DNA of 64,000 nucleotides from Glycera tridactyla (Eukaryota): NCBI GenBank assembly GCA_965644265.1, contig OZ286477.1, positions 29,450,001 to 29,514,000 of the forward strand, read 5' to 3'. Shown piece by piece: positions 54,001 to 64,000 of this stretch (position 1 is its first letter; each line of letters starts with the position of its first letter). The notes under the pieces were generated by a model. It saw only the letters and a program-made list of their open reading frames with translations, ran no database searches and was not told where the DNA came from. The position numbers and the translations under genes were made by a program.

Positions 54001-54658
54001 TCCTCAGATTGACCCGGATTATTCGGAGCATGGCAGTGCCTCTAAATCTGAATTAAAGCCTACTCAAGAAGAGACAATCCTTAGGGATAGCCTGAAAGTA
54101 TTATCCTATACGGATATTGCCCTAGCCATGGGATTAACAGGAGCTGAGGGAGAGGATAAGTCTCCTGAAACCCAAGAAAAGGCTAGAGAAGCTATCAGAG
54201 CTGGCTTGCATGCTGTGGAGCATGTGGCTGTAATGGTAGGGAAGGTTGTGGGAAACCTGGAGTTGGCCAGGAGATCCAGTGCTTTGAAGTCGATGAAATT
54301 CGACACGGAAGTTAAAGCCAAACTACGTACCCTTCCTTTAGGTCAGGAATTTTTGTTCGGAGGCAAGCTTGACGAAGCTAGTGACATGGCTGCTGATAGA
54401 GCCCTCAAGAGGAGAAATATTGAATTGGACTCTGTCAAGGAAAGATCTGAAGAGCCAAGATCATATAACTCTAGTTCTTCTACCACTCAAGGACGTGGTA
54501 AGAAGAGGAAACGAGGCTCAGGTGGTAGAGGCCGTGGTAGGGGGAGGGGTCAGACTGGTGCCCAGGAAACAGTCAATCAGCCACAATTACAAGTGACCAT
54601 CCCCGGGAAGGCAGCCCAGAAGGACTCTGGCAAACAGTGTTTCAAGAAAAGAGGTTGA
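51011..54658 (+). CDS. DIRS ORF1 (gag-like), one in-frame TGA at 51173-51175
   Basis: ATG 51011 is in frame with ORF 51242-54658. N-terminal Cys/His cluster C..YVASWDDHPLCPSCRPC...FCNIC; long Ser/Gly-rich linker; C-terminal LARR..AL, LPLGQEFLFGG typical of DIRS ORF1. Confidence 0.85.
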
Positions 54659-54718
54659 GGGCGAGCTTCGCAGCCCAGGGGTGCGTGCGCTGCTCCTACG
54701 CTGATTGTAGGAGCAAGA

Positions 54719-56785
54719 TTGGCTGCATTTGCATCGGAATGGCAAAATCTGACATCTAGCAGATTTATCCTGAACATTATAAAATCAGGCCTGTCTTGGG
54801 TTCTCAAGGAGAATCCGATATTATCTCCGACTTGGCGTCCCTTTGCTCTTCCAAAAAAGGGCGATCCGAAGAGGGAAGCCTTGTTGGAAGAGGTTCAATC
54901 TATGCTAGACAAGAAGGTGATTGTTCCTATTTATCAGGACGGGTCGTTGGAGTTTTATAGCAGGATATTTCTGGTAACGAAGGCAACAGGGGGATATCGA
55001 CCGATTATAAATTTGAAGCCTCTGAATCAACACATATACAATCAGAGATTCAAAATGGAGACTTCTCGGTCGATAGTGAAAGCCATCTCTTCGGGCGATA
55101 GGACAGTATCCATCGACCTGAGGGACGCTTACTTTCACGTCCGCATCAATCCGAAGTTCCAGAAGTACCTGCGGTTTGCCCTGTCGTCCACACAGGCTTT
55201 TCAGTTCAGGGCCCTGCGGTTCGGCTTGTGCACTGCCCCTCGCATCTTTACAATGCTAGTAAGGGAAGTGGCGCAACATTTACATTCCAGAGGGATGAAG
55301 GTTCATTTCTATCTGGACGACTGGCTGCTCAGACACCAGAATCCAGAGATCTTAGCATCCCACCTTCAGTATACTCTCGAGTTTGCACGCAAACTAGGTT
55401 GGATCATAAACGACAAGAAATTGGACTTCGTTCCCAGTCAGCAATTTGTCTATCTGGGGATCGAGTTCGACACAGAATCGTCCTTGGTCTTTCCAACTCT
55501 GTTCAGAGTAGAGAGGATGGAAGGTTGGGTTTGGTTATTTAGAAGGATTCTCGAGCAGCCAGCTCGTTCAGTCCTAAAATTACTCGGCCATATGTCAAGT
55601 CTCTCAAACACAGTCCATCTAGGTCGACTACATATGAGCCCCATTCAGATGGCTCTTTTGAGCCAGTGGAAGCCATTCTCAGGCCATCCAGACCAAATGG
55701 TCAGCCTACCTGTGGAGGTCCAAACCGATTTATTATGGTGGGCCTCCAGAGAGAACACAAGGAAAGGAGTTCCCCTATCTGCTCTGGAGCCCTCAGTCAA
55801 TCTTCTGACGGATGCTTTGTTGGAAGGCTGGGGAGCTCATCTGGTGGTGGGAGACCAGAGAATCCAGATTTCTGGGATATGGCCTCGGAGTCACTGAGGC
55901 CCTTCAATCAACAGTCTAGAGTTAGAGACAGTTCTTCTAGCTCTTCAAGGCTTCTCAGAACATCTCCTGGGGGAAGTAGTTCTTCTTCTTCCAGACAACG
56001 CCACCACAATAGCATATATTCAGAATCAAGGGGGCACACATTCAAGCCCTCTCTGCGGTCTGACATGGCAGATATTCTCTCTGACAGAGAGCCTCAACGT
56101 GTTACTGAGAGCTCGACACATTCCAGGAAAACACAATGTTCTGGCGGACGCATTGTCTCGTCAGGAGCCAGTTCAAACAGAGTGGGAACTACTGCAATCG
56201 GTTTTCGAGGGAGTAGTAGAGCATTTCAATCTGTCTCCAACAGTCGATCTCATGGCCACACCTCACAACAGCAAGCTTCCGGTGTTCGTGTGCCCGTTTC
56301 CGGACCCGTCTGCTCTCGAGGTGGATGATCTTTCCATGTCTTGGAAGGGTCTCGGAATGGCATATGTTTACCCACCAACAGCTTTAGTGAGGGATGTGGT
56401 CAACAAACTGAGAGGACTGGAGCTGGTTCTGATTTGCATAGCTCCCTGGTGGCCGAACCAATCTTGGTTCCCAGACCTCCTGGAGTTGTCCATAGATCCT
56501 CCGGTGGAGCTGCCTCTCCCTCGGGACCTGTTAATTCAGGAGATCAGAGGGAAGGTAGTCAACCACTGGAAGCCCCAAGTGCTCTCTCTACACGCTTGGT
56601 GTCTGTGCGGTCAGCCCTCAGCCGCCAGGGTTTTTCAGCAAAGGCGGTTGAGCGGATCTCTGGATCTACTAGACCATCAACCACCAAGGTCTATGATACC
56701 AGATGGGCCAAGTGGGAATCTTGGTGCTCTACCCACCGGGTGGATAAAGAGCGTCCCTCTATGGCCCAATTGGGAGATTTCCTAA
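54719..56785 (+). CDS. DIRS reverse transcriptase + RNase H + methyltransferase-like domain, one in-frame TGA at 55895-55897
   Basis: YSRIFLVTK, IDLRDAYFH, FGLCTAPRIFT, YLDDWL; RNase H TDA..GWGA, INSLEL, DNATT, HIPGKHNVLADALSR; DLMATPHN and YVYPP. ORF 56099-56785 is in the same frame. Confidence 0.93.
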
Positions 56786-57667
56786 TTGACTTATGGGAAT
56801 CTGGTCTCGCTCTTGAGACAGTGAAAAGTTACCGCACAGCGATAGGTTCTGTTTTATCCCGTCACGGTATTAAGATTTCGAGCTCTAGTGAGATTTCTGA
56901 TTTGTTTAGAAATTTTGCATTGGAGAGACCTGTCACTCCAAAAGTTGTTCCTCAGTGGAATTTACCCCTAGTCTTGAGGTATTTGAAAAGTAGACCTTTT
57001 GAGCCATTAGAGGAATCTACTCTTTTGAATGTGGCCAAGAAAACGGTATTCTTGGTTGCATTAGCCACAGGACGCAGACGGAGAGAACTTCATGCTTTGT
57101 CTGGATTACCAGACGCAGTCCGATTTACTCAATATCTTTCTGAAGTTTCAGTTGTATGCGAACCTGGTTTCTTAGCCAAGAACCAGGCGCCAGATAAATT
57201 ATCTCCTATTATTGAGATTCCAGCCTTATCAGGAGTTCCTGATATTTCGGAAGAGGATTTGAGTCTTTGTCCAGTTAGGGCCTTGGAAGTCTTTTTACGT
57301 AGATCTTCTACACTTCAAGGCCCTAGACGGAGACTATTCTTTGATCCCTCTGCTATCTCTCAGAAAGAGATGAGGGCTGCAGTGGATCATGGACATTGTC
57401 AAGGGCGCGTACCTCCAGGATGACAGAGAGGATGAGTTAGTGGATCATGTTTCTGCTCACAAACTCAGAGCTCTCTCTGCATCCTGGAGAATGTTCAACA
57501 GGTCTTGTTCTGTTGGTGATATTATGCGTTCTGCTTTCTGGCGTTCAAGGCATACTTTTGGTAACTATTATTTACGGGATATGTGTGGGCAGGCTATGGA
57601 TTTGTATTCACTGGGTCCTATTGTGGCTGGACAAGCAGTGGTTTTTCCGCCTGCCCTCACCGATTAG
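56341..57667 (+). CDS. DIRS tyrosine recombinase, frameshifted near 57390 (true start probably ~56590)
   Basis: FLVALATGRRRREL (catalytic R box), LCPVRAL, then in the next frame AHKLRALSAS and FWRSRHTFGNYY (HxxR, W, Y). Confidence 0.92.
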
Positions 57668-57705
57668 TTTTTCTTTCTCTAACCCACCATCCGGGATATA
57701 TGCGT

Positions 57706-57806
57706 ATGCATAATTTGATGGAGAAACCAGGTTATGTTTTAACCCCCCCCCCCCCAGGTTTGCTTGCTAACCTGGGAGTTAACACTTACCTGTTTCTCCA
57801 TCAAAT
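57706..57806. other. DIRS internal complementary region (ICR)
   Basis: atgcataatttgatggagaaaccaggttatg matches the reverse complement of the left terminus; ccccaggtttgcttgctaacctgggagttaacac matches that of the right terminus. Confidence 0.93.
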
Positions 57807-59625
57807 GGTATTTTCCCTCCCATCCTCCCCTGTGTGTGTATATAGTGTATATTGTTGTTATTTACGAGTTGCGCTTGCGCGAGTTTGTTTACGTGGCGAG
57901 CGCAGTTCCACCGGTTTGCACGGGGAGTGCTACGATGTCAGATGGTGGGATGGTGACATCTGAGAGAAAGATTTTTAATTGTATTAAAGTTCGAAGTGGG
58001 CGATTCAATGAGAATGAATGCATAATTTGATGGAGAAACAGGTGAGTGTTAACTCCCAGGTTAGCAAGCAAACCTGGGGGGTTTACCATATGTTTGTACC
58101 ATATGCTTCTAATGGCTTCAATTGCGGATAATGTGCGATGTCAAAAATTGGTTTATTTTGTATGGGTCAACTGACCTCGGGAATCTGTTTGAATGCAGAT
58201 ATCAATTTAGTGGTCGATTTGCTGGTATCCTTGACACATTAACCCGATCCGACAGGCTCTAGTGTAGGTTGAGAGAGCCTAATTTCAAATTTCGGGCAGC
58301 CAGGAATTGGAACTCCACCATAGATGCCCACCCTGAAGTCGAGATCGTTGAGCCTGTCACTTTTGAGACAATTGAAAATAGACAATAGACGAATCTTTTT
58401 TTAGACAGGCGTGGAACAGCAATTAATACAAAAAAACAAACATATCTCCATCTCAAGCGGTCAGACCTAGGTCTGGTATGCTGCTGCAACCTGTATCCTT
58501 TATGTCAACTGTGTCATGCAAGATATAGATATGGCTAATTCCATTAAATCCACGTATGATTTCGACTGAAGGGATGGTCGATTCAGAATCATTTAAGCTA
58601 GAAATATGTAGATAGGATTATCAGGATTATTAGAGATAACAAGAACAAACAGTTATTTTAACGTGTGTCATTTTCCATTTGATCATCATATGTCATCATC
58701 ATTCAGTCATTTCATCCGTTTCATCTCATCTCGTATTATGTCCTGTGTAAGCTCATTATTTTGTAATGAATAATTTTACCAACTCATCATGCATGTTGTG
58801 CTAACCTTCCTAGCCAACTTGGAAACGTATGCAAATATCGTATGCAACAAGTAACCAATCATTATAACATTCGATCAAAAGAAAAATCTTATCTTGAAGT
58901 CAATGTGCCCCGCAAAAAAACAAGCAGAGGGCTCTTTCCGGTTCAGAGGACCCAATACCTGGAATGACTATTTGAAAAATCACGTGGATGCAATGTTTCG
59001 TGAAACCGAAAGCTTTGAAAAGCAACTGAGCCATTTTTTGAAGATTTGAGTGCAAGTGCACATGGAGTTAGAAAAAAGAGAACATTGTATCGATAATGAG
59101 AAATGAATCCGTTTAATGCAAACAATGTTTCGAATATACACCATCATCATATAATCATCAATAACATCTCATTCATCGCGCCACTAACACCCATTGAAAA
59201 TATGTAACAGTTGGTATTTGTGTTGATTATCGTCGGACTGGAAAAGCCCCAATGTGCTGGGGCAAATGTTTATATACATCTGTATGACGATTTAAAGTAA
59301 AGAATTATACTGTACTATACTATACAACTGCAATGGCGGGAATAAATGAAGTTTTGAACCCACAAACACCGAATCATTTGCGAGGCCTAAGCATTACATG
59401 AATGCATATGGCCTATGATTCATCTTGGACAAAATACGACATGGTTATTTTATTGAATCGCTTGTTAGTGAGATGGCATTTTCTAATGGGTAGTTTGCAA
59501 AATCGATAAACGTTGCATCCACCCACATGACATTGGAATACATTGGAATCCTCGCTTACCAAATGATTCAGTGTCAACTCCGAAGTTTTTGCTAGAGATT
59601 TATTGAACGCCTCGTGTAAAATCAG

Positions 59626-60010
59626 CAGCGCGTTCAGTTAGGCGAACAGAAGCTAACGTTCGCCGTTTCTACACGCTAACGTTCGCTCCCCAACTGGGAC
59701 AACTGTCATTGGCAAACGTTAGCTTTGATGTCACTGTGACTGTATCAGGCACACCTAATGAACGTTTTGTAACTTTTTATAATGGAGAACGGGTCCCCGA
59801 TCCCATCTGTCACACCTAGGATAAAGAATTCATGGTGGGGTATTTTGCTAACGTTTTCTTGGTTAGCAAAACTGGACAGCCTTCCAGTCATGTATTGTTG
59901 AAGATACAATATACAAGATACATTTTCTATCACTTCCGTTAGCAAATGTAATGGAAATACAACACAAATCAAACGAACGTTAGCTTCTGTTTGCCTAACT
60001 GAACACGCTG
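59626..60010. mobile_element. ~385-bp MITE with ~37-bp TIRs
   Basis: cagcgcgttcagttaggcgaacagaagctaacgttcg versus cgaacgttagcttctgtttgcctaactgaacacgctg (2 mismatches). Flanked by cag/cag, a possible 3-bp TSD. Confidence 0.8.
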
Positions 60011-60696
60011 CAGGTAATCAATGCTAATGGTATTAGTAGGTTGCAGGTATTAGGGTACAATTGCTGTGGCAATATGTTCGGAGAAAGTCCTCTCCTAAAT
60101 GATCAGTCTGCGTTGATATGATGACATAGGCCAAGGCTTGGCTTTCAACTGAAATTGAAACACATGCCTAATTATCAGAAGAGAAGCAACGACACGACTG
60201 AGTTTGAATAAGCAATGCATGAGATTCAAGAGGAAGAAAGGAGAAAAGAGTATCGTGTTCATATTTTCTCCTGATGAGTTCATCTACATCATAGGACATG
60301 GTGAGAAGCCAGTTAGAGGCGGAATTCACTGGTGTCCCATTGCTTTGATCACATCTCCCATGAGAGACCAAATTGTAACGTTACGACCAGACAACATTCA
60401 GCCAGGCATGGAGCGACTGAAATGTATCTCAGGGGAACGTCACTGGCTGTTATCAAAGGATGTAGGAAGTCAGTCGGTAGGTAATCACATGAACTCGTCA
60501 AGATTCTCTATAATAAAAGCCTCACTCACTCATCTTGGTTTTGGTTCCGGTAAGAAATTCATGGAAGGGTGCTAAGATGACAGGGAACTTGTTATGATAT
60601 ATGTCCACTCGAGGTTGTCTTCATTGGAGTGGCTTGAGGAATACATTGTCTCCATGCATCTTACTTACACAAAAGCAATTGGACTGACGGAGGGAT

Positions 60697-60900
60697 TGAT
60701 GGATGGATGGATGGATGGATGGATGGATGGATGGATGGATGGATGGATGGATGGATGGATGGATGGATGGATGGATGGTTCGATGGGTTGGTGGATGGAT
60801 GTAAGAATGGAAGGAAGGACAGAGAGAATGACAGACAAACAGACATACGGACGGACAGACAGACAGACGGACAAACAGACTGACCAACCAACCAATTGAC
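60697..60900. repeat. (GGAT)n and (GACA)n microsatellites next to an N gap
   Basis: Direct sequence. Confidence 0.9.
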
Positions 60901-61405
60901 CGACGTGTGGNNNNNNNNNNNNNNNNNNNNNNNNNNNNNNNNNNNNNNNNNNNNNNNNNNNNNNNNNNNNNNNNNNNNNNNNNNNNNNNNNNNNNNNNNN
61001 NNNNNNNNNNNNNNNNNNNNNNNNNNNNNNNNNNNNNNNNNNNNNNNNNNNNNNNNNNNNNNNNNNNNNNNNNNNNNNNNNNNNNNNNNNNNNNNNNNNN
61101 NNNNNNNNNNNNNNNNNNNNNNNNNNNNNNNNNNNNNNNNNNNNNNNNNNNNNNNNNNNNNNNNNNNNNNNNNNNNNNNNNTCACACAATAGCCTATCTA
61201 TCTCAATGGGCAGACCAACTGAGGGAGGTGCTCACTTTAAGCATCGGTGCACGATAAACGACACACGAAATCGATAGAGGTAATCACCGACATTACAATC
61301 GAATATTTGCAAAGGGCGGAGTGCCAGCCTCAACAAAACACACAGGATGGAACCAGTGCGGCGGAATGCATAGGCAAGTAGGTATTGTGATGGCAAGAGA
61401 AAAAA

Positions 61406-61588
61406 ATGAAGCTTGTATTATCAATGATTGCTACACTATTCATTTGTTGCTTGGTAACTGCCTCGCTACAAGATGAGAGTCCCATTCATCCTCGTGCTCG
61501 ATTCTTTGCTCATGTCGGATTCCCATCAATTTCTAAGAGGGAGCTATGGGGATGGTATCCTTTTGATGCTCCAATAGGTATCAGGTGA
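61406..61588 (+). CDS. Candidate short secreted peptide precursor (60 aa, possibly a first exon)
   Basis: ATG start; signal-like MKLVLSMIATLFICCLVTASL; internal KR site. Short, with no homology recognised. Confidence 0.3.
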   Translation: MKLVLSMIATLFICCLVTASLQDESPIHPRARFFAHVGFPSISKRELWGWYPFDAPIGIR

Positions 61589-61972
61589 TCTTGGTATATA
61601 CATAGGGGAGGTGAAGAATACAAATCAAAGATATCTGAAATCAAGGCACAAAATCTAACTTACTAAACCTTCGAATTTGTTTATTGGAAAGCAGAGTGGC
61701 ATTGTTGTACACTCGCAGGTCGCAAATTAGTGTGTAGGTCGATGGAAGTGGACAGATCGGAACTGAACACATTAATCGAGTACTCTCCAAACCTGGCTCA
61801 TTTGATTGAGGTGAAAACATCGCTATCAAGCCCGGGAGAGCATCCAGCTAACTACATGGTCTGACCTATCAACACCTCCCACATAACAACCATTCTGGTT
61901 GCGCACCATCTTCATGAAAGTGAGATGGAATATGTACGTTTCATTGAGCAAGAATACAAAGGATGACATAGT

Positions 61973-62570
61973 GGGATATTCTCTATATTATAGAGGTGCA
62001 ACCGAAGATAGTCAATACCCTGGAGAGTACATGGTAGGCAAGCATATGTAGATAGCAGATCAGCACGTATCTAACTGGGTGAAGCACTACACAATATGCC
62101 ATCACAACATGTGTCCATGGCATAGTAGGATATTTTATGTCTATAGAGGAGCAACAGATGATAGTCAATACCCTGGAGAGTATATGGTAGGCAAGCATAT
62201 GCAGATAGCTGATCAGCACGTATGTAACTGGGTGAAGCACTACACAATATGCCATCACAACATGTGTCCATGGCATAGTAGGATATTCTATATCTATAGA
62301 GGAGCAACAGATGATAGTCAATACCCTGGAGAGTATATGGTAGGCAAGCATATGCAGATGGCTGATCAGCACGTATGTATCTGGGTGAAGCACTACACAA
62401 TATGCAATCACAACATGTGTCCACGACATAGTAGGATATTCTATATCTGTAGAGGTGCAACAGAGGATAGTCAATACCCTGTAGAGAATATGATAGGCAA
62501 GTATATACAGATAGCAGATCAGCACGTATTGATTGGGTGAAGCACTACACAATATGCAATCACAAGATGT
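61973..62570. repeat. 153-bp tandem repeat, ~3.9 copies, with a further copy in a duplicated block at ~63300-63560
   Basis: gatagtcaataccctg at 62007, 62160, 62313, 62466 and ~63430. Confidence 0.92.
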
Positions 62571-63560
62571 CTCCCTAAAGGAGGTCCGTGTTCTGCATCT
62601 CCATCATGATGGATGCTATGTTACTGACAGCATCCTTGCTTACTCATCACCCACGCAGCTCAAGCAATGCTCATCCGCTCAGTGACGATGCGCGAGTTGA
62701 CATCAATTGTGATTGACCTTTCCCCGAGGCTTGTCTGGGGTCATTTATTGTGTGACAGAAATTGTCCACAGCACGGACCTACTGTGAATGTTCGCAGATC
62801 TCATCTATGTTATTGCAATCTGTAATTGGGTACCACTTCCAGATTATTGTCGAGAAAAAGGATTGCATGCATTGAATGAAGTGTGTTCGTAGCCTCCATG
62901 CAAGTTACATATTAGGCACAATGACAAACACCCTCACTTTTTTCTCTCACCTTTCTATCTCTACTGCGCACCTTCTCGCGAATTCCATATCTTGAATTGA
63001 TATTTGTGATCTGGTAACACCTCCAAAATATTGTGCAGAAATAAAAATGCACAAACTAACTGTTGGCTGTTCATAAGCCCCATACAGGTTACATATATGG
63101 TACAATGACAAACACCCTCAGCTCCCTCTCTCACCTGTCCCTCTCTTAATATATCAATCTCTATATATCTCTCTCATGTGTGCATGCTAGCTACATGCAT
63201 GAGCGTCAGCTTCCAGTAAACTACATGCTCAAATATGCCACCTTCAGAACAAAACGGTCTATGACTGGTGTGTAGATGAAGGTCTGAACTATCAACTACT
63301 TCCCCTTGACAAGCATCCTGGTTGTAAAACATCTTCATGAGATTTAGATGGAATATGTACCTTGCATTGCGCAAGAACACACAGGAAGACATACTGGGAT
63401 ATTCTATGTGTATGGAGGTGCAACAGTGGATAGTCAATACCCTGGAGAGTATATGGTAGGCAAGTATATACAGATAGCAGATAAGCATGTATGTAACTGG
63501 GTGAAGCACTTCACAATATGCAATCACAACATGTGTCCACGACATACTGGGATATTCTAT

Positions 63561-64000
63561 GTAGTCCGGTGGCTTAGTGAAAAAATCGTTACGCGCCGGA
63601 CTAAAGCACCAAATTTGGCACATGTGTTCTTTAGGTCCCCAAAACACATGCTGGGTATAGGTGCCCGGGCTCAGGTGTCCAGATCTCAAATTAGGTGATT
63701 TTTCAAAATGGCCGCCACCATCTGAAATTATCACTCATTTCGGCGATATATCCATTTTTTTTTCTGCAAATAACATCCATATAAGTCAAAATTTGACAAA
63801 GTATCTTCATTATGAACCATATCAGGTACCTTTTCATGAAATAAAAAAATGAAATTTTCTGCATTAAATTTGAAATATAGGCAATTTTCACCAAAATCGA
63901 CTAATTTACCGAGAAATTGTCAGATCTATAGGCTTGACATTGACATAATCCACAATATTTTCAACAATGAAGTATGGTTGATCATCGATAGAATTATCCT
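63561..64000. mobile_element. Possible end of a non-autonomous DNA transposon
   Basis: Abrupt switch from the 153-bp unit to tagtccggtggcttagtg...aaatttggcaca...caaaatggccgcc. No second terminus in the window. Confidence 0.35.

Larger units (their letters stand above)
50525..58083 (+). mobile_element. Full-length DIRS1-like tyrosine-recombinase retrotransposon
   Basis: Left ITR ~50528-50717 is inverted relative to right ITR 57863-58083. ICR at 57706-57806 is complementary to both termini. GTT at both ends. gag-like, RT/RNaseH/MT and YR ORFs overlap in the classic arrangement. Confidence 0.96.

Noticed and set aside
55666-56328. 220-aa Ser-rich ORF and other alternate-frame or antisense ORFs in the DIRS element
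   Set aside because: Shadow frames of the RT/RNase H and gag ORFs, with no motifs of their own.
61983-62552. 189-, 153- and 129-aa ORFs on both strands
   Set aside because: Produced by the 153-bp tandem repeat; there is no strand-specific coding evidence.

Overview
Repeat-rich eukaryotic (animal-like) genomic DNA with four N gaps and no confidently supported intact host gene. Bases 1 to ~33,800 are a head-to-tail array of about 3.5 diverged copies of a ~10 kb unit. Read on the minus strand through stops and frameshifts, the unit gives the co-linear motif order of a negative-strand RNA virus L polymerase (Mononegavirales/Jingchuvirales-like) plus ~3-4 kb of further degraded coding sequence, part of it glycoprotein-like. 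I interpret this as a near genome-length endogenous viral element amplified in tandem; this comes from manual translation and is not database-confirmed. The array is interrupted by a CR1/L2-type LINE (itself hit by a hAT-like MITE), tRNA-derived SINEs and a minisatellite born from the viral sequence. Bases 34-47.5 kb carry five unrelated minisatellite arrays and LINE debris. Bases 50,525-58,083 are a structurally complete DIRS1-type tyrosine-recombinase retrotransposon with ITRs and ICR. The end holds a MITE, a 153-bp repeat and a candidate short secreted-peptide ORF.
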